From: Octopus sinensis
Lineage: Eukaryota
Length of the DNA: 64,000 nucleotides
Reading direction: 5' to 3'
Assembly (NCBI RefSeq): GCF_006345805.1
Contig: NC_043012.1
Coordinates: forward strand, 40,424,001-40,488,000
Shown: positions 12,061 to 25,042 of the stretch, piece after piece
How the letters are laid out: every line of letters begins with the position of its first letter
Numbering within the stretch: position 1 is the first letter of the stretch
Notes under the pieces: model-generated
What the model saw: only the letters and a program-made list of their open reading frames with translations
Database searches by the model: none
Told to the model about the DNA's origin: nothing
Program-made: the position numbers and the translations under genes

Positions 12061-15000
12061 CACACACACACTTTAATTCGGGTATATATTAATGTACATG
12101 GAATGGATAAATAATTCATAGACATTTTGAAGACAATTGTTTATGCAAAAATATCGTCTATTTATTTACTCGAAATATTTCGGGAATATTTGAATATTTC
12201 TTTATTTAATATAAACGATAGGAGCTGAGGAAATGAAGAGAGGTCTGCGAGGGTTAATTTAGTTAATAGAAATCGTTCAACGTAGAATAAAATTGGTTTA
12301 GCGGCATGTGGAAAACAAAAACCAAAATTTTTAGACAGAATCTGTCTTCATTCTATGAAAGCCGTTTTGTGAGGAACTAAATTTTATAGTTCTATAAATA
12401 TTCTTATATAAAATCGATGCAGATACTAATATTTCTGGGGAAATTCTTTGTTTTGGAATCCTGAATATATAATTCTTAAATATTAACAAAACATTTGCTA
12501 TTCGCGAACCTAAATTTTCGAAAGAATGGCCATAACTTGCTTGTTTTTCGCACATGCAACAACAATTTAAAGAAATATGGTTTTTCCGTAAATGGAATAT
12601 TGTTTAGATTTTTAGCCTTTTAGGTAATTATTTTCTAAATTAAATACAAAACCATTATTTGGGGCTTCGTGTCTAATTTAATGGTTGATTAGCTCGACAA
12701 AAGTACCAACCGAGTCAATTGAATAATTAAAACACTGATACAAACAATAATATAGGCATAAAATCCCCGATATATATATAAGGGTTCGTTTATAAAACCT
12801 ACCACAGTTCCACAAAGCCCACCCCGAATTCTTGCTTAAATTTTGAAACGGGTGCATATGTTAGTAGTAGCAACCCCGTCTGCCGATAATTCGGTAAATT
12901 TTCACAAAGATTGAGACATTTTATAATAGAAAAAAAAAATCAGGGTGGTACACGTTGTGAGGTGACGTGACATTCCGTATTCATAGATGCCAATAAAAGG
13001 ATTAAGGTAATTAAGGAACCGGTTCCAACAAGAAAAGAGAACAGTTAATTGTATATAGCATAATAACTGTACCGAGATGGCCACGGACCATAGGACTACA
13101 GTATCAGCACTGTCATGGGGGTTTAAAGGAAGATGATTTACTAAGACATTATGAATTTGTGACGTATTTCCTTAAAGGAAATTATAACGATATCACTGAC
13201 CGCTGCACCCAAGAATCGAAACCCAGTTCGCGTATGTCATCACCACACCTTGAATGTGCCTTAAGACTATATATATATATATATATATGATAGATTAACA
13301 TATCATAATTATACAATAACAAAAATAAAGAATGCACAAAAAAAAAGAGAAAAAAAAACCAAGCTGAGCCCATCAACGTACCCCGATGGGCCTAACCGAG
13401 GAGTGAAGTGATCTTTGTTTTTTCTTTACAAAAAATGTTAGAAGAGGTGGAGATGGAAAAATACAACGAATCAAGCAACAAGTTTAATGAAGTGAAAATG
13501 GACAGCTATAGTCAAAGATTACCCCCAGAATCGCACTGCTAGGCAACCTACAACATCTGTCTCTAACTATAAATAAGTCTTTGATAAACATCGGCAGTGT
13601 TACAGTTTAGCTCCAGGTTAGTCCCGAGTCGTCATCCAGACGTTCCACCCTCGACCATCTTGTCATAGTTTAAATATAATATACTTCGCTAAGTCCGTCT
13701 ATTTGTATGCCGTGGGGTAATCCAAACTTATTAACTGCACTGAAAACTTTTTTGCTGACTCAGATCGCAACTACTTCCCACGTTACGATGTCCTTCCTTA
13801 TTTATAAAGACAGGAGTGTGTAACTTGAGGAAGATCTGGCTGTTATTATTAGTATGCTGATCCACAGAATAAAGTCACACACACACACACACACCGTGCT
13901 GGCATAAAACTAAAAGGGCAAAATGTTAACAGCCGGGAATCGAAACCAAGTCGTTGAGATGACAAGCCAGAAGCTATTACTACTATTACTACAACCCGGC
14001 GCTCACCAACAGGTCCGCAAACAAGAATGTTGTTTTAACCACGAGTCGATTCTGATCGAGTAGTGTAATTTGATGGACATTTCGGGTGCTATTTCTAGCA
14101 GACAGGGGTTCCCACATTCAGCCCGTGTTGACCCAGATCAAGTTGACCTATGATCAAAGGTGCTCCAGCCGTGACTACCTCGGATGACATTAGCAAATGT
14201 ATATATAAATTATATATACATTAGCTAATGTCATTTCCTTTTTTCTAAGTAGAAGGGTGTGACTTGAAGAGTTAGCTGCTGTTTCTAGTAAATCGAGTTA
14301 CAATGTCGAGACCTGGTTGCTTACAAGTTGGTAGGGTGGTACTACGACTGGGGACTTCGTTTACTGACACCGGATAGGGGTGAAGAGAGAAAAGTTGGCC
14401 CCCACCCCCGGTGAAATTCGAACTCACATACAGAAAGGACTTTCATAGGGAACTAAAACAACAGCGACACTTATTTCAAATGGTGAAAAACGGCCCTTTA
14501 ATTTTGAAGGGGAAAGGGTTCGGTTGATTAATCAATGCCTGCCCTCCCAGTACCTGGGTGGGTACTTATTTACTTACACCCCGAACAATAAAAAGCTAAG
14601 TAAATCCCGACAAGATTTGAACTCAAAACCAAAAAGGGGCCTAATTAAAAAGAGCAACAACAATAATGATTCCTCCCACCCCGATATAGGCACAAACCTC
14701 CCATTTTGATTAAGGGTTGGGGTACTTGATAATATCCCCCTCCGTACATAACTCGGACTTTATTTTATCATCGATCACGGAAAGACGAAAAGTAAATTCG
14801 ATCCTGAAAATATTTAATAATAACGGTTCTAAGTACACTGTGTAACAAGTTTAAGGGAAAAGGGTTTTTAGTAGGCATACGTATACAATAGCGTCGTCTA
14901 TTATAATTCTATCCACATCGATGACGAATTATAGGAATATCATCATATCGACGAAGTGTTTGACTCGTACTTTGTTTTATCAATCCATGAAGGATGAAAA

Positions 15001-15194
15001 ACAAAGCTACATCGGCTGCGGGATTTGAACTCAGAACATAAACTAAAATACAGCAAGCATATGTCTGCGACTCAACCGACTCGGCTACTCCAGATCGCGA
15101 TTCGAGCCCCCGAACAATGAAAAGTGAAGACGATGAAGACGGAATATGAACTTATAATAACAAGAACAATAATAATTAAGAAATGTTTACTTAC

Positions 15195-15312
15195 CTAGCA
15201 ATAGTAATTTAACTTCCCGGGCAGATCGTTCTCCTTCTGCTCTCAATGATTTATCAATGGCCTTAGACCGCTCGGCGGCAGCCTTGTCCACACTACTCAC
15301 AGCACAACCCAT
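15195..15312 (-). CDS. GNAI: G-protein alpha-i subunit, first coding exon (residues 1-39 plus 1 nt)
   Basis: Minus-strand translation [40 protein letters not shown]. It has the MGC myristoylation/palmitoylation start and the REVKLLLLG entry to the P-loop typical of Gi. The exon ends at G|GTAAGT (plus 15189-15194 ACTTAC). The 118-nt coding length matches the conserved first-exon phase of Gi/o genes. Confidence 0.95.
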
Positions 15313-15357
15313 GGTTTTCCCCTTTTTTTGGAATTTAAAGGCTTCCTTTTCCTTACT
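15313..15357 (-). promoter_or_regulatory. Short 5' UTR segment with a possible splice acceptor, implying an upstream non-coding exon
   Basis: Minus strand reads pyrimidine-rich ...atatctctccAG|taaggaaaagg...aaaaccATGG. Candidate upstream donors are GTAAGT at 16230-16225 and AG|GTACTT near 16856. Confidence 0.35.
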
Positions 15358-17594
15358 GGAGAGATATATGAATTATATTTTAGAAAAACGGAAAGATTTT
15401 GATGCTTATTTTAAACAGAAAAAATCGGAGAAGGGGAGAATTTAAACGATAAGAGACGGATTAAGAATAAAGAGATATACAACGAAAATATATAAGAAAA
15501 CTAGGGAAAAGTAGCTAGAATATTATATATATATATATATATATATAAGAACGTATGTGTATATACAGATATATTCAGATATACACACCCAGAACAGATG
15601 AACAGATGCGAGCTGATAAGGGTGCTAAAGACGTTTGTGGTGACGAGTAAAAGAATCACAATTAAATGTATTTTCTTTGTATGTATATGTGTAGGGGCTT
15701 CACTAGAATATATATTTTTAAAAAGTGCTTGGGGATTATTTTTCAAACTAGAAAAAAAAGGGATTAGCTCGCCTTAAAAGGGATTTTCTTCCTATATTCT
15801 TTCGACTAAAATATTAATAAAATATTAGAAAAGTTGATGAACAGAGAGGAGCAGAAAATACAAAGAATCACACAGCAAATTGATGGTTTAAGATAAAGAA
15901 ATGCAATTATACTATTAGTATATTATATCAGATATTTATAGCATATCTTTTACATTTATATTTTAAATCTGATTTTGCTTATAAAGAGTGAAGAACTTAG
16001 ATCTAAGGGGATGTTGGATTCTGTTAATATTTTTAAAATATTTTGAAGTGGTGTATGAATTCAAATCAAGGAATTAAATATTATCTTTCTAAAAGATTAA
16101 ATAGATATGGGGTAGGGGGCTTCTTATTAACTAGGGGTCTTTCTTTTTGAAGTTTCAAAATAAACAAAATAAATTTTACATTTATTTTAGTAAAAAGAAA
16201 GGGAATTAGTGACTAGTTTTACAAACTTACTTATATCTTATATAAAAATGGTACAGAAGGGAAAACAGAAGGTTGGTGAAAGAATCGTGCTATTTCGTGT
16301 GGAGTAGATCTTCCTGTCTTTTCGTAGCAAGTAAATCCACGGTAATAAGTAGTAATAATAATAATAATAATAATCCTTGTTGTGGAAGAATATAATTTAA
16401 CCGGAGTAATTTAAATGAAGTTTCCAATATTCTGTCTTTGACAAGATTTTAGTTCTGGTGGCAAGGGTAGAATATTTCTATTCCAGTGTGTGTGTCTCTA
16501 TAATACGGACACTTGGTTAGGATGACAGGGGTAGTAGTGTGTCTAATCCAGTGTAAATGTGATGTGGTGATGGTGAGTGGTGTGTGTGTGTAAGTCTTGC
16601 CTGTAACACAAATACACACAAACACGGACAGTTGGTTATTCAGGTCCGCTCTCACTTAAAACTGGCGGTTTGTGTCGTGAAGGAAGGAGAGAGAGTAAGA
16701 GTCAGAGCGGGGGGGAGGAGGAGGGAGGTCGGGTTGGCCTGCTCTCTCTTTAATTCCTGTATGCGTATATATTATATATCATATATATATATACATATGA
16801 TATATATATATATATATATTCTGCCTGCTCAACCACAGCAGTTAAGCAAGTACCTGCTTTTGTGTGTCGTCGACCTAATCCGAGCTAGTGTGCTAAGAGA
16901 AACGAAGAGAGAGAGAGAGAGAGAGAGAGTATGAGTCACTGAGGGAGGAAAAGGAGAAGGAGATTTGGTGAAGTGATTTGGAGAAAGGAAGGAAATAACC
17001 GTTGATTGTTTAAGAGAGGGAGGAGGGAGAACAGGGCAAGAGATAGAGAGAGTGAGAGAGGAAGACCGGCAATGAGAAGGGGAGGAAATAGAAAGCAGGG
17101 AAGTGTGAGTGCAGAGTAGTAAGAGAGGAAAAAGAACGAGGGAGAGGAAAAGGAAAAGAGTAGACGGAAGGAAAAGAAAGAAAGAAAGCAAGAAGGAGTG
17201 GGAGGCCATGTGACTGTGACAGAGACAGGATATGAAAGGATAAAGGGTTTAATAGAGAGCAGACTGAGTAATGAAAGTTGATAAGGGGCCAGAAAAAAGG
17301 GGAGACAAGCAGAGGAGATCAACAAGAAATCACACACACACACGCAGACGGGTGTGTCGAGATGTAAATATGTGTGTTTGTGTATGTAAACGTGTATACA
17401 CACACATAGACATACAATGTGTGTGTGTGTGTGTGTGGTTATTCGGCATTTAATACTGCCTTGAGGTTTAGATATTTGCGAATAGCTTTCAGTTAATTAC
17501 TAACCCTTAATATCTATCTGTCTGTGTGTATGTATGAATGTAAGTCTATCTATCTATCTATCTATCTATCTATATCTATCTATCTATCTATCTA

Positions 17595-17625
<31 letters not shown>

Positions 17626-17729
17626 GGCTATCTGTCTGTCTGTCTGTCATTCTGTTTGTCTGTCTGTTTTTTCATCTATCTATTATCTTTGTCAATACAC
17701 ACACACAAATTCACACATACACACACACA

Positions 17730-17792
<63 letters not shown>

Positions 17793-19675
17793 TACAGACG
17801 TACACACATATATTTATGTGTATATGAATGGAAGCGTCTACTTCTCTTATCTTTGTCTGTGTGTCCTGCAGCCACAAGCACACAGACACACGAGCAGCTA
17901 CATAGGTACACACACACACACACACAGATATCATCATCATCACTGTCATCGTCGTCGTCATCATCATCATCATTATCATCATCATCATCGTCGACATCAT
18001 CATCATCATCATCATCACTTAACATCGGAGTTGGGCCGTTTAACAGGAACCGATGGGGTTCAAGAATTGCATCGTGCTACAATTGTCTGCTTTGGCAGAG
18101 TTTCTGCTGTTGGATGCCCTTCCTAATGCCAACCACTTCACAGAGTATGCCGGGTGCTTTCCCACCACTCCACCCGCCGCGCCATCCCGCAATGTTGAGG
18201 TCACAGCGCAGCTCGCACGACTAAGAACCTCGAAGGAGGATTTCCGCTTTATGCCCGGGAACGAAGGAGTTGGAGAATGAGGGAAGTGAGGAGCAGAGCA
18301 GCTTCTTATGGAGAAACTGGATGGCTACTCACATTTGGGAAGAGACGGGAGAGAGAACGGCCAGCTGGAGTTGCGATGAGATGTCCAGGCCGCATCGCAA
18401 GGATGCAAGATTGTATAATGTATGGCTATCGTGAAACGGGGAGATGGGAAGGCAGACTGTACAAAACAGGTAGGGTACATACATATATACATGCATGCAT
18501 ACATACATACGTAGATACATACATAAATACGGACATACATATATACTTACATACATGCATACATACATACGTATATACATACATACGTAAATACGTTGTT
18601 GGCGTCCTTTTGTCTCGAGAGTCAATGAAGTTGCGTATACCAGTCTGGTTTTTACATTTCATGTCCTCTCCACTTTCCTCTCCAGTTTTGCAAAAGCATC
18701 GGCTAGATTGAAGAAAATCTTGGGTAGCCCAATCGTCACGAATCCTCTCTCGAACTTGCTGACGTACTCCAAAGAAGTCCAGAGCATACATATATATATA
18801 CATACATACTACGTACACACATGCGTACATGCATACATACGTACGTGCATACATGCGTACGTACGTACATACATACATACATACATACATACATACATAC
18901 ATACATACATACATACATACATACAATACATACATACATACGTACATGCATACATACACACATACATATATAAATATATAAATTATTCTTCAACGAGAAT
19001 AGTGGTGATAGTGGCTTCCATGTTTTAGCCAGCTAACCCATTACCGAGGTCACTGTCAGCACTGTTCTTGTTAAACGGTAATAAATTTGTGCTCTACAAA
19101 AGTATGGAGTAATCCGTCACATTAATGCAAAATTGCTTTTATTATAAGTTAATCGCCACATTAATATGGCTTTTCAATGTTACAACTGTTTTAACTCCAA
19201 GCAGATCTTCCGCCAGTGGATGTGTGTATTTCCCCCACTCCGTCCGAGCGTGGGGGGAAATAAATGCTCCGCAGAAACCGATGAACCGATCCTATGATTC
19301 AGAGAGGATCATTATCCTATCTATCTTTGATCATAAGTCTGTTTTATCGTAATTGAACTTGGGCTAAATAACATCAAAGGTATGAGATAAGGCATTATAC
19401 ACGCACATACACGTGTTGAGTGTATAGATAATTGTGATAACAGCAAACACACCAGTCGCAGCTCCTACTTCATTGTGTATTACAACTATTGCTGCTTCAT
19501 TGCTTCACCAAATCATTCGCCTCTGTTATCTGGTCAAATCTGTGCCAGGAAGGCAGAAGGTTTGGATATTCCGAGGAGTCTAGTCGTCTAGTCGAGTCCT
19601 TATAAAATGTTTATAAGGTGTTAAACTGTTGAACATCATCACTGAACAGTTTGATGATGTTCACAGAGCGGAGAA

Positions 19676-19829
19676 CATGCAGGGCCCGGCGAATGCTTTC
19701 GTAAATACATGCAGGGCCCGACGAATGCCTTCGTAAATACATGCAGGGCCCGACGAATGCCTTCGTAAATACATGCAGGGCCCGACGAATGCTTTCGTAA
19801 ATACATGCAGGGCCCGACGAATGCTTTCG
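19676..19829 (+). repeat. 32-bp tandem repeat, 4 full units plus a partial fifth
   Basis: CATGCAGGGCCCGACGAATGCTTTCGTAAATA at 19676, 19708, 19740, 19772 and 19804. Confidence 0.95.
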
Positions 19830-20214
19830 GAAGTACAGCCACTCAATCAACACCTGGAAGACTGTTTCTATCAGAGAAACGATGACATGCGAGTCATGCG
19901 GGTCACGTGAGGGCACACGACACACACTGAGGCCATCGTGAGCATTGAAAGTCAGAAGCAGGTCGATCCAGACCACTTTAACTCTCCAGGCAGTAGAATT
20001 AACACTGATGGTACCGCCTTCAGTGATGGGTTATACGGCAGGATGGCCAGCTCGGTGTTCGGAAAGTTGGGAAGATGATCTTCGAAGAAAAAAAGCACGT
20101 TTCAGTCTATATGAAGTGTGAAAATATACGAAGCAATGATACTGCCCACCATATTGTAAGAATTGGAAGCAGGGGCCTCATACTACAAACAGGGAACAAA
20201 TAATGATATAAAAA

Positions 20215-20432
20215 TAATCTTTTCTACTCTAGGCACAAAGTATCGAAATTTGGGGAAGGGGGCCAGTCGATTAGATAGACCCCAGTACTCAACTGGTACT
20301 TAATTGAACGACCGCGAAAGGATGAACGGCAAAGTCGACCTCGGCGGAATTTGAACTCAGAACGTAGCGACAGACAAAATACCGCTAATCATTTCGTCCA
20401 GTGTGCTAACGATTCTGCCCAGCTCGCCGCCT
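20215..20432 (-). mobile_element. SINE family B (tRNA head, Meta-like domain)
   Basis: Minus strand GGCGGCGAGCTGG..AGAATCGTTAGCAC..GAGTTCAAATTCCGCCGAGGTCGACTTTGCC.TTCATCCTTTCG..AAGTACC..CTGGGGTC. Confidence 0.85.
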
Positions 20433-21060
20433 TCCAAATAAAAAAAATTAATAACTGCATGGATTCATGGTGAGACATTTGATGTAGATCAGAAGGGTAA
20501 AGTCATAATGATAATTATCTCAGAAAAAAGTCGGCTTCTATTGCCATGGAAGAGATCTACGCAGATCCGGGTGTGACTAAAGATAGCGAAACCGAAGTTT
20601 CGCTATCTTCGGATACACCAGAAATAGCAGCAGAGATCGTGATAGGCGTCAGTTGAAATACGAGAATATGGTCAAACATAACACGAAGAGTTTCGCAACA
20701 GAAAGCCACGAATGAATCAAAACAGCTGAGGACGGAAACAAGATGAGGAGAGCTATTCATGGATCGTGACTAGACATAACAGCCATCATCTATATTGATG
20801 GAGAGCCGATATTGACACCTGTGTGTGTGTGTTCAATAGCTGGATTTATCTTCTCTCAGTGCGTGACAGCAAATAGTTTCGCCATAATCGGTTCTTCAGG
20901 CAATGCTACTAATCCATATTTATGCTTTGATTGCAGTTAGCTTCTTTAGCAATCAACGTATAAAGGTGCACCGAAATCACTTTCATACATACACAAGCAT
21001 ACACACACATGCATGTATACATACATGCATACATACATGCATACATACATGCATACATGC

Positions 21061-21110
<50 letters not shown>

Positions 21111-21181
21111 AAGAGAGAGAGAGAGAAATAGAGAGATAGATAGATAGAGAGAGAGACAAACAGACAGATAGACAAACAGAC

Positions 21182-21216
<35 letters not shown>

Positions 21217-21510
21217 GAGAGATAGATAGAGAGCGAGAGAGAGAGGGAATATATTGACAAGAGATAGAGAAATGGAGGGACAAAGAAGGGAGATAATAAC
21301 GACGACGACCACCACCACCACCACCACTACGATGTTGTCGATGCTGCTACTGATGATGATGATAATGATGATGATGATCTTCCTCCTCCCCCTCATCCTC
21401 CTCCTCATCATCATCATTATCATCGTCATCATCATTTTCAACTTGAAATATGGAAATGAGTGACAAGAAAATGTATGTGCGTATATGTATGCATGTATAT
21501 ATGTGTGTGC

Positions 21511-21553
<43 letters not shown>

Positions 21554-21835
21554 GGTGTGTGTGTGTGTGTATTTACATCATACACATGCATACATACGTA
21601 TGTACACGCACACATAAGACAAAACAGACACACATTCGCACTCACATCCGCACAAATGCTTCCCCCCACCACCACCACCACCGCCGCAAAGCTTAATTAC
21701 TTTTCTTCACACTGAAGTAATAATTTCAATTAAACATTATTTTCAGCTCACCTCCTCATTAAGTAATGGAAGCGTGCACTTACCTACCAGTACTTCATGC
21801 AGCAGAAGAAGGTGCCCCTGGGAAAGCTTACAGTG

Positions 21836-21874
<39 letters not shown>

Positions 21875-22029
21875 ACCCCTTCTCCCCTCCCGTTAGGCTC
21901 CATCCACCTACACCTAACCCTACTGCCCCGCCCAACCACCCCCCCCCCTCCCCAATCCCTCCCCCTCAGACCTCCACGAGACCTACCACCCCTCCTACTT
22001 CTATTCCACCCACCCCTTCTCCACTTCCG

Positions 22030-24207
22030 TCTGTTGTTACCATTCCCCCCGATCTTCCCCTCTCTGCGGCTGAACGCTCCGTCCTTGGTAGGGGTCTGCG
22101 TTTCATCCCCTCACTCCATCCTGTAAGGAATTCCAGACGCGAGTTGATGTCCACAGCTTTGTGCGCCGTGTCCGGTTGGGTGCGCATTACCACGACTCGC
22201 CACCCACACCCCACGAAGAGGACGACTGCTTCACTGGCCTGGGCCGCCGACCATCCCCGTGGACGCCTGCCCTGGCCAGATCCTAGCAGTGGATCTTTTC
22301 GCGGGCGCTTGTCAGCGTGCATTGGAGCGGTTCAACTTCTCCAGGCGCCAACGCCGCCTCAACATCTCCCCGGCTGAGCTCTTGGCTCTTCGTTCCCTCC
22401 AACGGCGCGCTGACATTATCATCAAACCGGCTGACAAGGGTGGAGCTGTAGTGGTGTGGCGCGCGGACCTCTATAGGGCCGAGGCTTTCCGCCAACTCAA
22501 TGACACCTCCTTCTATTCCCCTCTGCCCTCTAACCCCACACGTAGCTACCAACAGACGGTATCCTCTACTGTCCAAGACCTCATCTCGTCCTCCCGTCTC
22601 CCCCGCACCGCATCCAACCTAATTGTGCGGACCCCACGTACCCCCACCATTACTTCCTCCCCAAAATCCACAACCCAAACACCTGGCCGCCCCATCGTCT
22701 GCCTGTAACTGCCCCACGGAGCTCATCTCTAAATACCTCGACCGTGTCCTTGCCCCCCTAGTGGCATCTCTTCCCTCCCACATCCACGATACCAACCATG
22801 CTCTCCGGCTTTTCAACTCTTTCTCCTTTCCTCCCGGCCTCCAAAATCCTTTTTACTATGGACATCCAAAGCCTCTATACTGTTATCCCTCACCACGAAG
22901 GACTGCAGGCCCTTCGACACTTTCTTGACCTCCGCTCTAACCCTGTACCTGACACCTCCACACTCATTCGTCTGGCCGAACTTGTCCTTACTCTGAACTG
23001 CTTCTCGTTCGCGGGCGAGTTCTACCATCAGGTCTCGGGAGTGGCCATGGGAACGCGAATGGGCCCCAACTATGCGAACCTGTTCGTTGGCTATGTTGAG
23101 GCCCAAATATTCTCTAATTTCACTGGTCCCACCCCTGAATTATATGGTCGTTATATTGACGACATTATCGGTGCCACCTCACTCTCCCGCGAACATCTAG
23201 ATTCCTTCCTCTCTTTCGTCCAATCTTTCCATCCAGCCCTCCACTTCACTTCCACTATCTCCAACACCTCTGTCTCCTTCCTCGACATTTCGGTTAGCAT
23301 TCTTCACTCCACTCTTACCACCTCCATTCACTACAAACACACAGACTCACACTCATACCTCAACTTCTCTTCCTCCCACCCAGAACACACCAAGCTTTCC
23401 ATCCCCTATTCCCAATTCTCCGTCTACGTAGGCTCTGTAGTGACGACCATGACTTTGAGACTCAGTCTCAACGTATGGCTCACCACTTCACCCTACGTGG
23501 ATACCCCCTCACCACTATCCACACCGCCCTTGCCAGAGCACGGTCCGTGGACCGTGTATCTGCTCTCTCTCCCCGAACCCGCCCTGTAGTCTCCGCCTCC
23601 CTTTTCCCCTCACTTACCACCCCACGACCCTACGTCTCCAACGCACCATTCTTCGAGCTTCCGTCATCTCCAGTCCGACCCGTCCACTTCACACCTCTTC
23701 CCTAACCGACCCCTCCCCTCTTTCAAACGAGCCACAACCTTCGAGACCTTTTGGTCCATAGCTCCTTCCCTGACCCTACCTCCCAACCGGCTCGTTCCCC
23801 TGCTCCCGCCCACGTTGCCGCACTTGCCCTTACCTCTCCAACACCACCCGCCTCACTAGCACCCACCATCGACCCTATCCCATCATCCACTCCTTCACCT
23901 GCACCTCCAGCAATATTATCTATTGCATCTCTTGCTCTCTCTGCAATTCCTTGTACATCGGACAAACGGGACGCCGCTTGGCTGACCGGTTCGCGGAACA
24001 CCTTCGTGACATCCACCTTGCGAACGACACACCGGTCTCACGCCATTTCCGCTCCACCGGTCACTCCTTGCAACACCTATCTGTGTTCGGTTTGTCCTTA
24101 CACAGAGGCCATCCGGATTCCCGTTTGCGCGCCGTGAACAGGAATTAATCTTCTCTCTTCGCTCTTATACGCCATTTGGTCTCAACTCTCCCCCCCTCCT
24201 CATCTAA
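22030..24207 (+). pseudogene. Neptune-type RT/GIY-YIG polyprotein, multiply frameshifted
   Basis: IKPADKGGAVVV, PGRPIV, LFTMDIQSLYTVIPH, GVAMGTRMGPNYANLF, YGRYIDDI, FLDISV, SSSHPEH, linker CSRPRCRTCPY, and CTSSNIIYCISCSLCNSLYIGQTGRRLADRFAEH. Confidence 0.92.
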
Positions 24208-24544
24208 CCCCCCTCTCCCCCCCTCCTCACCTATCCTTTCTCCCCCCGACCACCCCTATCTTCAGTCCTTCATCCTTTCACCCCTACTCCCCTTCCCTTC
24301 TTCCCTCTTTCTCCCCCTCTTCCCCTTCCCTCTGCTCCCTCACTCCCTCTCTCCCCTTCTCTCTCTCCCCTCTCCCTCTTTCCTCCTTCATCCCCCTCCT
24401 CACCTTCCTTCTCCCCCATCGTCTCCTCTTCCCCCTTCTCCTCCCCCTCTTCTTCCCCTCCCCTTCTCTCCCCCCTCTTCTCCCCTCCCCTCTTCTCCTC
24501 ACTACACCACATGACTTTACACATCACATCACATATGATGTGCC

Positions 24545-24870
24545 ATACTAATACACACACCAACTAATACATACTAATACGTACTAATACATACTAGTAC
24601 ATACTAATACTTACACCAACCCTATACATACACACGTCCAGACCCCGCATACGCACTTATACTCTCTCCACACCACACACACCTATACATACCAATACGT
24701 ACTAATACATACTAATACATACTAATACATACACCAACCCCATACATACGCACGTCCAGACCAATCTTATACTAATACTCTCTCATACATACACACACAC
24801 ACACAACACCCTTATACATACTAATACATACACCAACCCTATACATACACACATCCAGACCCCTCCCACG
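24545..24870 (+). repeat. Three-copy compound repeat in the Neptune 3' UTR
   Basis: (TACTAATACA)n blocks, each followed by TACACCAACCCTATACATACACACGTCCAGACC near 24612, 24730 and 24827. Confidence 0.8.
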
Positions 24871-25042
24871 CACTTTTAGCTGGTCCCTCAACCCTTTTAT
24901 CAACCCTATTATCTCCCCTTATTCGCTCTCGCGTCTCATGTTTGATCTTTGACCTCTGGCCGAAATCAGATCGCCATGTTGATTCGTTAGCTACTGCACG
25001 CATTTTTTTCTCTCCTTCTTTCTGTGTTTCTCTCTCTGTGTA

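Larger units (their letters stand above)
1..15194 (-). other. GNAI: Intron 1 of the Galpha-i gene (runs off the window start)
   Basis: Canonical GTAAGT donor at 15194-15189. I found no exon 2 (AGESGKSTIVKQMK) in 1-15194 by eye. Confidence 0.7.
19640..20775 (+). mobile_element. RTE-clade LINE 3' fragment (RT C-terminus), interrupted by a minisatellite and a SINE
   Basis: Frameshifted peptides FDDVHRAENMQGPANAF..INTWKT, SIESQKQVDPDHFNSPGSRINTDG..MASSVFGKLG, KIYEAMILPTILY and RQLKYENMVKHNTKSF..TAEDGNKMRRAIHG resemble the RTE RT C-terminal region. Confidence 0.75.

Noticed and set aside
10834-12114. 426-aa ORF and similar YI/HT/MYVC ORFs (e.g. 9290-9844, 50972-52030, 50851-51966)
   Set aside because: Translations of stop-free microsatellites with no protein-like composition.
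1-15188. Galpha-i exon 2 (AGESGKSTIVKQMK)
   Set aside because: No matching sequence found by eye. A near-match at about 13520-13545 has a stop and the wrong residues.
15760-16200. Possible degenerate RT fragment (FLDL-like word on the minus strand)
   Set aside because: Stop-ridden AT-rich sequence with only a 4-residue match, more simply part of the Galpha-i upstream region.
19676-19829. 32-bp repeats as a CRISPR array
   Set aside because: Units are contiguous with no spacers, there are no cas genes, the context is eukaryotic, and the unit derives from RT coding sequence.
20580-20609. Perfect 13-bp hairpin AAGATAGCGAAAC-CGAA-GTTTCGCTATCTT
   Set aside because: It lies within the decayed RTE coding remnant with no U-tract or second copy, so no function can be supported.
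20726-20740. CTGAGGA-CG-GAAA (and a similar motif near 42920) as hammerheads
   Set aside because: No stem II and no flanking stem I complementarity.
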